Below, piece after piece: positions 1-8,919 of a stretch of 64,000 bases of DNA. Every line of letters starts with the position of its first letter. Positions within the stretch are counted from its first letter, which is position 1. The position numbers were made by a program, and so were the translations under genes. The notes beneath the pieces were generated by a model, which had not been told where the DNA came from, did no database searches, and saw nothing but the letters and a program-made list of their open reading frames with translations. This DNA is from Thermoproteota archaeon. Its GTDB lineage: Archaea; Thermoproteota; Thermoprotei_A; Sulfolobales; NBVN01. The stretch lies in NCBI GenBank assembly GCA_030550455.1, contig JAUQPH010000001.1, forward strand, positions 64,259 through 128,258. The letters run 5' to 3'.

Positions 1-240
1 TCATGAAGTAGTTTAAGTTAAGGCAGTGCGACACAACATCTTCAGCTATCTCTTTTAAGTACTCGCTACTAGACACCTTGGCTAAGGTCTCAGCCTCGTA
101 GACTACTCTCTAGTAGCTAGTAAGGTAACTCGTAGCTATTCTAGATGTAAACTGAGTCAACAATGCTTTAATAAACCATGAGGCATTCTAACACGTTCAA
201 GAGTAACGTAACCATACGGTGTTGCTCCCGCTCGAGAAAG

Positions 241-342
241 CGCCGGGGGCGGGATTCGAACCCGCGTGGGGCGGAGCCCCAGTGGGTCTCACGCACAGCC
301 GGAACTCGAGCCCACCGCCTTAGGCCGCTCGGCCACCCCGGC
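241..342 (-). tRNA. tRNA-Ser(CGA), intron-containing
   Basis: Minus-strand cloverleaf read by eye: acceptor GCCGGGG/CCCCGGC, class-II D arm GCCGAGCGGCCUAAGGC, anticodon stem GUGGG/CCCAC. The loop CU-CGA-G..A is interrupted after position 37. Variable arm is 16 nt (UGGGGCUCCGCCCCAC), T arm GCGGG-UUCGAAU-CCCGC, discriminator G, no encoded CCA. Confidence 0.85.
288..304 (-). other. 17-nt intron of tRNA-Ser, between positions 37 and 38
   Basis: 24 nt lie between the two anticodon-stem strands. Removing UUCCGGCUGUGCGUGAG leaves the 7-nt loop CUCGAGA. The last 4 intron bases can pair with C32-G35. Confidence 0.65.
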
Positions 343-513
343 TAATTTAAATCTAGTAAAGAGGTTTATAGACTTTGCTATCGGGGTTTGTAGTGGAGTT
401 CTTAGCGTTTTCAGCACTTAATAGCTCTTCGTTATAATTATGGTGCTTGTTTGATTGGTAAAGCTAATGCTGCTTTTAAGGTGCGGTCAGGAAAATAATC
501 TAAGGTGAGGTAA

Positions 514-1215
514 GTGATAGGGAAAGGACAGATAGCTGTAATCGAGTACTCACTTTACATAAAAGACACTGGAGAGCTTATTGATACCACGTCTGAAGCT
601 GAAGCAAAACTATACAAAAAATATGTTGAAGGAGCTCTATACGAACCAGAAGTAGTGATAGTTGGAGAAGGAAGATTTTTTCAAGGCTTTGAGGAAGCTC
701 TAGAGAACTGTGATATTGGAATAGAAAAAGAGTTTGAAATACCTCCTGAAAAAGGATACGGTTTTAGAGACCCGACTAAGGTAAAGACTTTTCCAAGGAG
801 AGTTTTTGAGAGACAGAACATTAGACCTGAGGTAGGTAAGGAAGTAAGGATTAACGATGATATTGGGAGGATTCTAGCTGTAGAAGGTGGGAGAGTTATC
901 GTAGACTTTAACCATCCGCTCGCAGGAAAGGTTTTAAAGCTAAAGATTCGCGTCGTTAAAGTAGTTGACGACCCTGTTGAAGCCGTAAAGTACTTAGTCA
1001 AGAGAAGGGTTAAAGGCTTGAAGCTCGATGAAGTCAAGGTAGGGATAGAGCAAGAACAAGGTAGGGCTATCGTAGAGCTACCCAGGGAGTTCAGAGTAGG
1101 TAGAGATATACAGTACGCAAAAGCGTTAGCTGCTTACGACATACTTAAGCACGTTAAAAACCTGAGAGAGGTAGTGTTTCTTGATAGGTTTACTAGCGAC
1201 GAATTGCGAGGGTGA
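514..1215 (+). CDS. FKBP-type peptidyl-prolyl cis-trans isomerase (long archaeal FKBP/SlyD-like)
   Basis: 233-aa ORF with a GTG start. It carries the FKBP signature DFNHPLAGK, an insert-in-flap region and a long C-terminal domain. Confidence 0.8.
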   Translation: MIGKGQIAVIEYSLYIKDTGELIDTTSEAEAKLYKKYVEGALYEPEVVIVGEGRFFQGFEEALENCDIGIEKEFEIPPEKGYGFRDPTKVKTFPRRVFERQNIRPEVGKEVRINDDIGRILAVEGGRVIVDFNHPLAGKVLKLKIRVVKVVDDPVEAVKYLVKRRVKGLKLDEVKVGIEQEQGRAIVELPREFRVGRDIQYAKALAAYDILKHVKNLREVVFLDRFTSDELRG

Positions 1216-1218
1216 CTT

Positions 1219-2451
1219 ATGGAGGCAGAGCTTAGGCAGCCGGAAATAAATATAGGTGTCGTAGGTCACGTGGATCATGGTAAAACAACACTAGTGCAGG
1301 CTATTACAGGTATTTGGACGTCTAAACACTCAGAGGAGCTACTCAGGTCTATGACTATAAAGCTGGGATATGCTGACACAGATGTTTATGAGTGTCCTGA
1401 TAGGTCGGTATACGAGAGATACGTTACAGACCCCCTCGAATGTCCGAACGCAGTTTACAGGAGAAGCATATCTTTCGTAGATTCGCCCGGGCACGAAGTT
1501 TTAATGGCTAACATGCTCTCCGGTGCTGCCATAATGGATAGCGCTCTTCTCGTAATAGCTGCTAACGAACCGTGCCCACAACCTCAGACAAGAGAGCACT
1601 TTATGGCACTAGAGGTAATAGGTGTAAAAAACGTCATAGTAGTGCAAAACAAAGTTGATGTAGTTAGTAAAGAGCAGGCTAGAAAGAACTACGAAGAAAT
1701 CAAAGCGTTTCTTTCGGGTACATTCGCGGAGAAAGCACCGATAATTCCTGTTAGCGCTCTTCACGGAGCGAATATTGACGTGTTGTTGTCAGCAGTAGAA
1801 CATTTCTTTAAAACCCCTGAGCGTGACGTAACGGCTAAGCCACTAATGTTCGTAGCGAGATCTTTCGACGTCAATAGACCGGGGACGCCTCCAGAGAAGC
1901 TAGTGGGTGGAGTTATAGGAGGGTCTGTAGTAAAAGGAGTCTTTAGAGTAGGAGACGAGATCGAGATAAGTCCTGGAGTGAAGGTGGTAGAAGGTGGTAA
2001 GACTGTTTATAAGAAGCTCTATACGAAAATAGAGAGCATAAGGTTCGGCGAAAGGTTCTACGAGAAGGCTGGACCCGGTGGGTTAGTAGCTATGGGGACG
2101 GCTCTCGACCCCTCTTTAACTAAGGCCGATAAACTAGTGGGGTCTGTCGTGGGGCTCGCTGATCAACTACCGCAACCGAGGACTCACTTCTCAGCAGATT
2201 ACTCTCTATTCGAGAGAGTAGTTGGAACAAAGGAACTTCAGAAGGTTCCACCTCTGAGAACAGGTGAGAGGATTATAGTAACTGCTGGAACAGCCATAGC
2301 TATGGCTGTCATAAAGAGGCTTTCAAGTGACTGGTTCGAAGTAGAGCTCGTAGATAAGCCTGTCATAGTATGGAAGGGAATGAAGATCGCTATCAGTAGA
2401 AACGTTATGAATAGATGGAGACTTGTTGGTTGGGGCATTGTTAGAGACTAA
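1219..2451 (+). CDS. eif2g: translation initiation factor aIF-2 gamma subunit
   Basis: 410 aa with GTPase motifs GHVDHGKTT, DSPGH and NKVD, plus the zinc-knuckle region typical of aIF2-gamma. Confidence 0.95.
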   Translation: MEAELRQPEINIGVVGHVDHGKTTLVQAITGIWTSKHSEELLRSMTIKLGYADTDVYECPDRSVYERYVTDPLECPNAVYRRSISFVDSPGHEVLMANMLSGAAIMDSALLVIAANEPCPQPQTREHFMALEVIGVKNVIVVQNKVDVVSKEQARKNYEEIKAFLSGTFAEKAPIIPVSALHGANIDVLLSAVEHFFKTPERDVTAKPLMFVARSFDVNRPGTPPEKLVGGVIGGSVVKGVFRVGDEIEISPGVKVVEGGKTVYKKLYTKIESIRFGERFYEKAGPGGLVAMGTALDPSLTKADKLVGSVVGLADQLPQPRTHFSADYSLFERVVGTKELQKVPPLRTGERIIVTAGTAIAMAVIKRLSSDWFEVELVDKPVIVWKGMKIAISRNVMNRWRLVGWGIVRD

Positions 2452-2890
2452 TTCAGCTCAACGCACGTGTGAACTAGTTCTAGACACAAGCGCGCTCCTA
2501 TTGATTGCTACTGGAGTAGATCCTGTATCTGAGGCGGTAGGTATCCTTAAGAACTATTGTTCAGATACTCGGGTTTCGCTACTAGTAAACGTTGTTCAGG
2601 AGCTGAATAAACTGGCTAAGAGCAGGGGGCGTAGGGGGGCAGCTGCTCGGCTAGCTTTAGCTAGATTAGGCAAGCAAGATATCGCTATAGGTGTAGTCGA
2701 GCTCTCAGGTTGTTCTAGAACTGATGAGTGCATCCTGAACTATTCTCGAACTGCTAAGAGTTTCGAGGTGATTGTAGTAACGACTGATAAGAAGCTCGCT
2801 AAGACCTTAAAAGAGAACGGGGTAAAGTATATTACGTGGTGGAGAAGTAAGCGAAAGTTCGTTATGGAACCCCCCATATGGGACTCGTAG
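2423..2890 (+). CDS. PIN-domain protein (Fcf1/Utp24-like, COG1412-type)
   Basis: The pattern LDTSALL ... VVTTDKKLAKTLKENG fits a PIN fold, and the position right after aIF-2 gamma is conserved in archaea. The start is uncertain (TTG at 2423 or 2435); both overlap the eif2g stop. Confidence 0.6.
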   Translation: MLVGALLETNSAQRTCELVLDTSALLLIATGVDPVSEAVGILKNYCSDTRVSLLVNVVQELNKLAKSRGRRGAAARLALARLGKQDIAIGVVELSGCSRTDECILNYSRTAKSFEVIVVTTDKKLAKTLKENGVKYITWWRSKRKFVMEPPIWDS

Positions 2891-2896
2891 ATAATC

Positions 2897-4069
2897 TCAT
2901 GACTGCTCCCGCAGCATGTTAAGCCTTAATGCTTTTGGGTCCGAAGCCGGTAGGGCTTTAATTACGTACATCTCCCCGAACCCAGTAATGACTCTGTAAA
3001 ATCCGGAGAGCTCTCTATCTACTTCAACGTCACCACTGTCTATGAGTAAGTACCTAACTCGGCTTAACTTGCTCCTCGAGCTAACTACTATTATTCTGTC
3101 TTTCCCCAGCAACCTTAGTACTTCAGGTGTTAACTGCTGGTTTCCTCGGCCTATGAGGTATCCCTGACCACCTATGATTGAGAGGACTACATAAACATCC
3201 TTAAAAGTCGCTATGAGTTTCTTTATATCGCTTTCTGACAAATCCTTACCAATAACTTTACCGTTAAGTACTGCGTCAAAACCTAGGAGAGTTTTCTCTA
3301 TACCTAACTTTGAGGCGATGGCTTTTGTAGTAGAGCCGGGCCCGATTATGTAGAGAACCCCCGGTTTATATACCTCCGACACGAAGTATTCGGCCAGTCC
3401 TTCGATATCTTCATAAGTTCCAAACTCTTTAGTGTGGACTTTCAGGTTCCCAGAGGATAGTGTAGGCATTCTTCCGAAAAGTTTTAATACTAGGACATCT
3501 CTCTGTATCGCTTCTTCGTTTACGTCTACTACATCACCTACATCGATATATCCCTCACCTCGACAATAGTCTGAGACGATGTCAGCGGCTGCCTCAGGTG
3601 AGACGGCGAAGACTGAAGAGTATACCTTAACTCCTGAGGGAACCCCGAGAGCTGGTAGTGAGCCACTACTAGCTTCTAAAACGTCGCGCGCTGTCCCATC
3701 TCCACCAACAAAGACTATAGCGCTTACTCTAAATCGGAGGAACTCTCTTACAACGAGCATAGTGTCTTCTCTTGTTGTCTTATCTGAAGAGGGTATATCT
3801 AAGCATACGTACTTATCCAGGCCAACTCTAGAAGCATAATCGCAACCCATAATACCGCCAGCTAGTAGTAGCTCCACGGAGCTAGGGCAGATTTCTTTAA
3901 GTCTAGTAAGAAATCTAATAGCTCTAGCTGGAGCGACCGGTTTAGCCCCTCTCACCAATGCCTCGTGATACAGCCTTCCATCTGTTCCTTTAAGACCAAC
4001 AGCTCCACCCATGCCAGCGATAGGGTTTACTAAGAACCCTATTCTGCAACCACTAGGTTGATGACTCAC
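2897..4069 (-). CDS. ATP-NAD kinase-like protein (COG3199-type)
   Basis: 390 aa with a diacylglycerol/NAD-kinase GGDGT motif (VFVGGDGTARDV) and a glycine-rich N-terminus (AGMGGAVGLKG). Confidence 0.6.
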   Translation of the reverse strand: MSHQPSGCRIGFLVNPIAGMGGAVGLKGTDGRLYHEALVRGAKPVAPARAIRFLTRLKEICPSSVELLLAGGIMGCDYASRVGLDKYVCLDIPSSDKTTREDTMLVVREFLRFRVSAIVFVGGDGTARDVLEASSGSLPALGVPSGVKVYSSVFAVSPEAAADIVSDYCRGEGYIDVGDVVDVNEEAIQRDVLVLKLFGRMPTLSSGNLKVHTKEFGTYEDIEGLAEYFVSEVYKPGVLYIIGPGSTTKAIASKLGIEKTLLGFDAVLNGKVIGKDLSESDIKKLIATFKDVYVVLSIIGGQGYLIGRGNQQLTPEVLRLLGKDRIIVVSSRSKLSRVRYLLIDSGDVEVDRELSGFYRVITGFGEMYVIKALPASDPKALRLNMLREQS

Positions 4070-4073
4070 GGCC

Positions 4074-4679
4074 CTATCCTAAACTAAAGCTTTGGCTTAC
4101 TGGTATAAACCTTATATTGTGAGGCTTAATGGAATCGGCGAGAGCCAAATAACCGGCTACACCGATAACTGGTATACCTCTACAGTATTCTACAGTAGGC
4201 TTAGGCGAGTGACCAACGAAAACTATAGATGGCTTTATCGTTTCTATCAGAATACGTAGAGACTTAAGTCCCGAGGGTATGTAAAGCGGGGGGACCCTAT
4301 CCAAGCACCCATATGGTGGAAAGTGCGTTAGTAGAACGTCTATCCTTCCTACGTTAGACATTAAGGCAGTATAATCTAGAAAAGTGTTAATTGTTCCTAC
4401 ACCACCAACTTTAACGCCTGCTACTTCCACCACCTTGCCGTCTAAGAGAACGTTGTACTTTTTAGCTAGTTTGATAACGTGAATGTCGTCTTCGTCACCA
4501 GAAACCATCAAGAGGTTGGTGTGAGAAAACTCCTTCATGAAGCTCTCGCTTACACTGACATCACCGCAGAGTAGTAGCGTGTCAACTTCGGCATACTTAG
4601 CGACCTTGGCGATGTAGTCTAAGTGGTAGGGGTGGGTAATCCTTGAAGTAGCTAGTATCATGTTATAGTCCCCACTCAA
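4074..4679 (-). CDS. metallophosphoesterase (calcineurin-like) family protein
   Basis: 201 aa with GD (LLCGDVS), GDEDD and GH (FVGHSP) motifs in the expected order. The first motif is weak. Confidence 0.5.
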   Translation of the reverse strand: MSGDYNMILATSRITHPYHLDYIAKVAKYAEVDTLLLCGDVSVSESFMKEFSHTNLLMVSGDEDDIHVIKLAKKYNVLLDGKVVEVAGVKVGGVGTINTFLDYTALMSNVGRIDVLLTHFPPYGCLDRVPPLYIPSGLKSLRILIETIKPSIVFVGHSPKPTVEYCRGIPVIGVAGYLALADSIKPHNIRFIPVSQSFSLG

Positions 4680-5508
4680 TCCTCAAGAGGATTAAGGCTA
4701 TAGATGAAGCTACTAAATCTGAAATTGAACCGAGGTTCACACCGACTTTATTGACTAGCACGTCACGGGCGTCATAAGAGCTCAACGTGGGTTTAGAAGC
4801 TATTTCCTGCACTAGCCTGGAAAGCATTATGCCTCCCGACTTGAACGATATACTGTCGAAGTACTTACTTGCGGCGTATCTGTAAAGCTCACTAGCATAT
4901 CTCAGTAGCTCGCTAATTGTAGCCGACTTAGCGGAATTGTAGAGATCTAGAGTTATGGAAAACTTGTTGACTATGTTATAGGCTACAAGATCCCACACAG
5001 CTGATTCGAGCAGCAATTCGAACACGTTACTTAGGGGTTTCGGTGAGTAGTAATACCCGTGATAGCTTGGGCTAGCTAACTCTATAGACTTCACCAAGTA
5101 ATCTGCGGACTCCTTCGTTAAACAGTACTCAAAATCGTTGTACCCTCTTAAAACACACTCCTCAAGAGAGTTACAATCCCTAGCTCTAAGAGAGTAGAGA
5201 ATCGATGAAGCTAGCGACAATGCCACTAGTCCATAGCCTAAGCAAGTATTAGTACCAATAATCGGGTTTTTTAAGATGCCGTCCATGATGTTAAGCAGGT
5301 TTTCCCCGAGTGGTACGCAACCTTCGTAGGAAAGCATGTTCTCTATGGTATTGTATATGTAGAAGGAAGTATGGACGAACTGTGTGGGGGCTAAGTCCTT
5401 CAGGGATTCCATAGCCGTTACTCCACTTATCTTTGGTGAAATCATTTCGATAACGAATGCTGATCCAAATGACCTCGCAACTGAGTACCACGACTTACGC
5501 AACTTCAT
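4663..5508 (-). CDS. CitG-like triphosphoribosyl-dephospho-CoA synthase family protein (divergent)
   Basis: 281 aa. EMISPKISGV matches the E..LSPKPG.V motif, IIGTNTCLGYGLVALSLA matches G.NTHKG..F.LGL, and VNLGSISDLVASS matches NLSPGGSADLL of CitG/MdcB. Confidence 0.5.
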   Translation of the reverse strand: MKLRKSWYSVARSFGSAFVIEMISPKISGVTAMESLKDLAPTQFVHTSFYIYNTIENMLSYEGCVPLGENLLNIMDGILKNPIIGTNTCLGYGLVALSLASSILYSLRARDCNSLEECVLRGYNDFEYCLTKESADYLVKSIELASPSYHGYYYSPKPLSNVFELLLESAVWDLVAYNIVNKFSITLDLYNSAKSATISELLRYASELYRYAASKYFDSISFKSGGIMLSRLVQEIASKPTLSSYDARDVLVNKVGVNLGSISDLVASSIALILLRIEWGL

Positions 5509-6233
5509 TGGTCTAATTCCTCGATCTCTAGTACTGTGACAACTTTACTTAAGTACTCTCTCAAGGTCTCACGCCATTTTTGTCCGATTGATATTGGAGA
5601 GAATATCCCGGTTAGCACTCCCCCAACGCTCTTTATTAGCTTTATAAGAGTTGCTGTGGTCTTACCGGTTCTAATGATGTCATCGACTATCAGCACTTTC
5701 TCACCTTTCTTCAGTCCAGATGAAGGTATGTATAGTCTCACTATAGAGGGCGGATCTCGAGAAACATATTCAGCTTCGTATATAGCGTCCGACGTAAAGG
5801 GTATTCCCTTGCGGGAAATAGTTAGCTTCGATTTAAAAAGGTCGGCAACTAGAGTAGCGATCGGGACTCCATCCAGCTCTACTGTGAGAACGGTATCGAC
5901 ATCATTAAAGCTATAAAAAGCTACATAAGCGAGTATTTTAAGCAACAGAACGTTATCGAGGACGCTGCTCGTATCGACAGCTCCATCCTTAAATCTAATG
6001 TACTTTCGGAGAATGTTCGAGACTACATCCCTGGAGGTAAGCAATCTAACGATACTTTCGGCTCTTTCATAACTTGGGACAATCTTGAGAGTGATGTACC
6101 TCCATATAGCAGGAGGAGGTAACCCCACGAGTTCAGAGATCTCTCGGTACTTCATTAACCCTTTATAAAGTCTTAGAAGCTCTACTGAGTGATATCTGAG
6201 ATCTTTATTAGCTACCGAGAATCCTGGTTCCAC
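5505..6233 (-). CDS. HTH-domain phosphoribosyltransferase-like protein (putative regulator)
   Basis: 242 aa. An N-terminal helix-turn-helix-like region (YREISELVGLPPPAIWRYI) is followed by a type-I PRTase PRPP loop (VLIVDDIIRTGKT). Confidence 0.65.
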   Translation of the reverse strand: MEPGFSVANKDLRYHSVELLRLYKGLMKYREISELVGLPPPAIWRYITLKIVPSYERAESIVRLLTSRDVVSNILRKYIRFKDGAVDTSSVLDNVLLLKILAYVAFYSFNDVDTVLTVELDGVPIATLVADLFKSKLTISRKGIPFTSDAIYEAEYVSRDPPSIVRLYIPSSGLKKGEKVLIVDDIIRTGKTTATLIKLIKSVGGVLTGIFSPISIGQKWRETLREYLSKVVTVLEIEELDQ

Positions 6234-6292
6234 TATATCTTACTCCCGATTAACATATCTGAATTAACAATATTTAAGCACGCTACTTCAAA

Positions 6293-8413
6293 TTATGTTC
6301 TCTCAGATAGCAGCCTCTTAGCATCAAGAATTACCTCTTCTGCTCTAGGTAGGCCAATGCCCAGTATTTCTGCCAATTCCCTTGGGTTCATTCTTGCTAA
6401 GTCCTCAATAGATTTCACACCAGCTACGATGAGTTTTCTGGACCTAACTCGCCCAATCCACCTTACTCTAACTAGGTCTAGAGCATCGTCTTTAACGCCG
6501 GACTCAACCCTTTTGCTGAGAGTCATCAACCTATGTGCATGTTCGCTTAGCCCAAGAGTGCTACATATTACTCCAGAAGCGTACAGCAACCACTGGGCCG
6601 TGTCTGCTAGAACAGCTATATCTCCAATTCCCACTCCATATCTCTCAGCAATAGTGTCTTCGCTGACTTCCTCTATCCAGTCCCTCAGTATTAAACCAGC
6701 TTTCATGGCTCTTAAGAGGTCGTATTCGCTTATCCAAGGTGGTGTCGGTATGCTGCCGCTCTCGATCAAAACCTCCATAGTGGTGTAAAGTTCTCTAGAC
6801 CTAGTACTTCCCAGTCTAACTCTAGAGAAGTCTGGTGTAATTGCTATCAGAGTTAGATAGTAGATATCGTAAGCTCTTCTAACGCTAGAGAGGTTCTCAA
6901 CTACTATTTTAGCAGTTAGAGGATCTATGTAGAGAGCGGAGACCGTCCTCCCTAGTTTTGTAGGCTTGAGAACCCCATCCTCCCAAGAAACAAGTTCCCA
7001 CTCTACTAAGTCCTTTAGGACATCCTCGACTCTGTTTGGGAGAGTAGAACCACCTTGCTTATATGCTAGAGTTAGTTTGAGAAGGTTGAGAAGTTCCTCT
7101 ACAGTTTCTGCGTCTTGCGAGGATATGAGCGATAGCGTGTGGATTCTTATAGCTCTATCCGATAGGAGTACCGAAGTAGCCGGCTCAGGTGACCCCTTGA
7201 TGTACTTATGTGCTTCCTCTTTACCTCTAGCGTCCACTATAACAACTTCTCCGTACGGATCTAGCCCGGGTCTACCGGCCCTACCGGCCATCTGCTTGTA
7301 CTCAGCAATAGAGACCCCCTTCATATATCCTTCCTCATACCTCTTCACACTAACTAAAACCCTCCTTGCTGGAAGGTTCACGCCTGCTGCTAAAGTAGGT
7401 GTTGCTACTACAGCCCTTATCTTCCTATTTCTAAAAAGCTCCTCAATAAACTTTCTAGTCGTAGCAGAGAGTCCAGCATGATGATATGCTACGCATTTGC
7501 TGAGAATGTATCTAAAGTTATCAAATTCTACCTTAGGTGGCTCTCGCTGTTTAAACTCCTCTAGAACATCTTGACACTTTTCTTGCGAATAATCGGCTAA
7601 AATCCTTGCGAGGTTTTCCGCTAGCTGCCTCGAGTGTTTAAAAACGAGGAGCTGGTAGTTCTGAACGCGGGCTTCTCTTAGTGCGTGCGCTTCAAGGTCT
7701 CCCCCAACACTCTCGATCCTCCCGTCATCGAAAACTATTGTTCTAGAGCTACGGTCGTAGTATCCTTCAACTAGTCTTACCGGGCGCCACGTATCGTAAA
7801 TTAGTACTGCTTTCAACCATTCAGCGAGTTCGCTAGTATTGCCGATAGCAGCACTGAGGCCGACTACCCTATATCCCTCATACAGTGACCTAACGCCGAC
7901 TAGTTCTACAACGTGTCCTCTTTCATCATCTCCCACCATATGTAGCTCGTCTAAGACCACAGTACCTATTCTCTTGATCCATGATGGTTTAAGCCTAAGG
8001 AGGGAATCAAATCTTTCGTAAGTTGCTACGATAAAGTCGCACTCAGAGAGCCACTCAGAAGGCTTGTCATAGTCTCCTGTAGTAATACACGCTCTACATC
8101 CGAGAGTTCTGCAGATTAGCTCTAGGTCCTCTAGCTTCTCAGACGCAATACTCTTTAATGGAACGAGGTAAACACCAACGCATTTTTCGAGAAAGTTTTT
8201 GATCATAGCCATATACCCTACCAAGGTCTTACCGCTTCCGGTAGGAGCCACCACAAGGATGTTATTGTTAGACCCAAGAAGTCCTGACTCTACGGCCTTA
8301 ACCTGAACTGGCATAAGAGTTTCGATACCCAGCGCTCTCAAAGCTTTATAAAGTAGCGGGTTATTGAAAGCATCTGCCACAGTTGAAATGGGTGTCGGGG
8401 CCGGCTTCAACAT
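6293..8413 (-). CDS. hel308: Ski2-like DNA helicase Hel308/Hjm
   Basis: 706 aa with Walker A APTGSGKT, a DELH box (VLDELHMV) and motif VI (QMAGRAGRPG). The C-terminal HhH-type domain is typical of Hel308. Confidence 0.9.
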   Translation of the reverse strand: MLKPAPTPISTVADAFNNPLLYKALRALGIETLMPVQVKAVESGLLGSNNNILVVAPTGSGKTLVGYMAMIKNFLEKCVGVYLVPLKSIASEKLEDLELICRTLGCRACITTGDYDKPSEWLSECDFIVATYERFDSLLRLKPSWIKRIGTVVLDELHMVGDDERGHVVELVGVRSLYEGYRVVGLSAAIGNTSELAEWLKAVLIYDTWRPVRLVEGYYDRSSRTIVFDDGRIESVGGDLEAHALREARVQNYQLLVFKHSRQLAENLARILADYSQEKCQDVLEEFKQREPPKVEFDNFRYILSKCVAYHHAGLSATTRKFIEELFRNRKIRAVVATPTLAAGVNLPARRVLVSVKRYEEGYMKGVSIAEYKQMAGRAGRPGLDPYGEVVIVDARGKEEAHKYIKGSPEPATSVLLSDRAIRIHTLSLISSQDAETVEELLNLLKLTLAYKQGGSTLPNRVEDVLKDLVEWELVSWEDGVLKPTKLGRTVSALYIDPLTAKIVVENLSSVRRAYDIYYLTLIAITPDFSRVRLGSTRSRELYTTMEVLIESGSIPTPPWISEYDLLRAMKAGLILRDWIEEVSEDTIAERYGVGIGDIAVLADTAQWLLYASGVICSTLGLSEHAHRLMTLSKRVESGVKDDALDLVRVRWIGRVRSRKLIVAGVKSIEDLARMNPRELAEILGIGLPRAEEVILDAKRLLSERT

Positions 8414-8525
8414 GACACCTACATACTCTGAACTCTAGTACCGCTCTACTTAGTTCTCAAATTCTTACTAATAAGCCTGCCTACAATATACGTAGTTATT
8501 TTTAGCGAGTACTATACCCACTCTT

Positions 8526-8771
8526 CGTTTGTCTCTAGGTGTTCATCTTAATTACTTTATTTTCATTCGTGGTCGCATCTAGGGACTTCCACCTCACCCA
8601 CGTAGATTTTAGATTTAGGTGTCCACGCGGGTTCATGGGTGGTGGTCGAACCCAGCGGCACAGGGCATCTATCTAATATAGAGTTCTGACGGCTTTGGGC
8701 ATCACCACCCAGGCTCATCATAGATAGAAACAAAGCTTATAGGCATTTCCCAGTAAATCAAGAAGAAAACA
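8526..8771 (+). repeat. Copy A of a ~240-bp repeated element (inverted partner at 21443-21681)
   Basis: Hand alignment to the reverse complement of 21443-21681 shows 2 substitutions (8551, 8629) and one 7-nt tandem duplication (tagattt at 8603-8609 and 8610-8616). Boundaries are sharp, with no terminal inverted repeats and no target-site duplication. Confidence 0.95.
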
Positions 8772-8890
8772 GCCCGCAAGCGGTAGTACGTAAATAGCGA
8801 ACGGAGGTCCGATTCTTGAAGCAGAGAGTAGTGTGATCAGGTATACGCTAGGGTCAATTTAAAGAGTGGAATTCTGCTTACAGCACAGCT

Positions 8891-8896
8891 TTTAAA
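8891..8896 (+). promoter_or_regulatory. TATA-box candidate (TTTAAA) for the stomatin operon
   Basis: TTTAAA is centred ~26-27 nt upstream of the GTG start at 8920. That spacing is expected for a leaderless archaeal transcript. Confidence 0.35.
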
Positions 8897-8919
8897 CTTC
8901 TAAGCAACTTAAGACTTGG

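Noticed and set aside
1-105. Minus-strand open frame running off the left edge (…VVYEAETLAKVSSSEYLKEIAEDVVSHCLNLNYFM…).
   Set aside because: It is too short and lacks any recognisable motif, and its start and identity cannot be established from the window.
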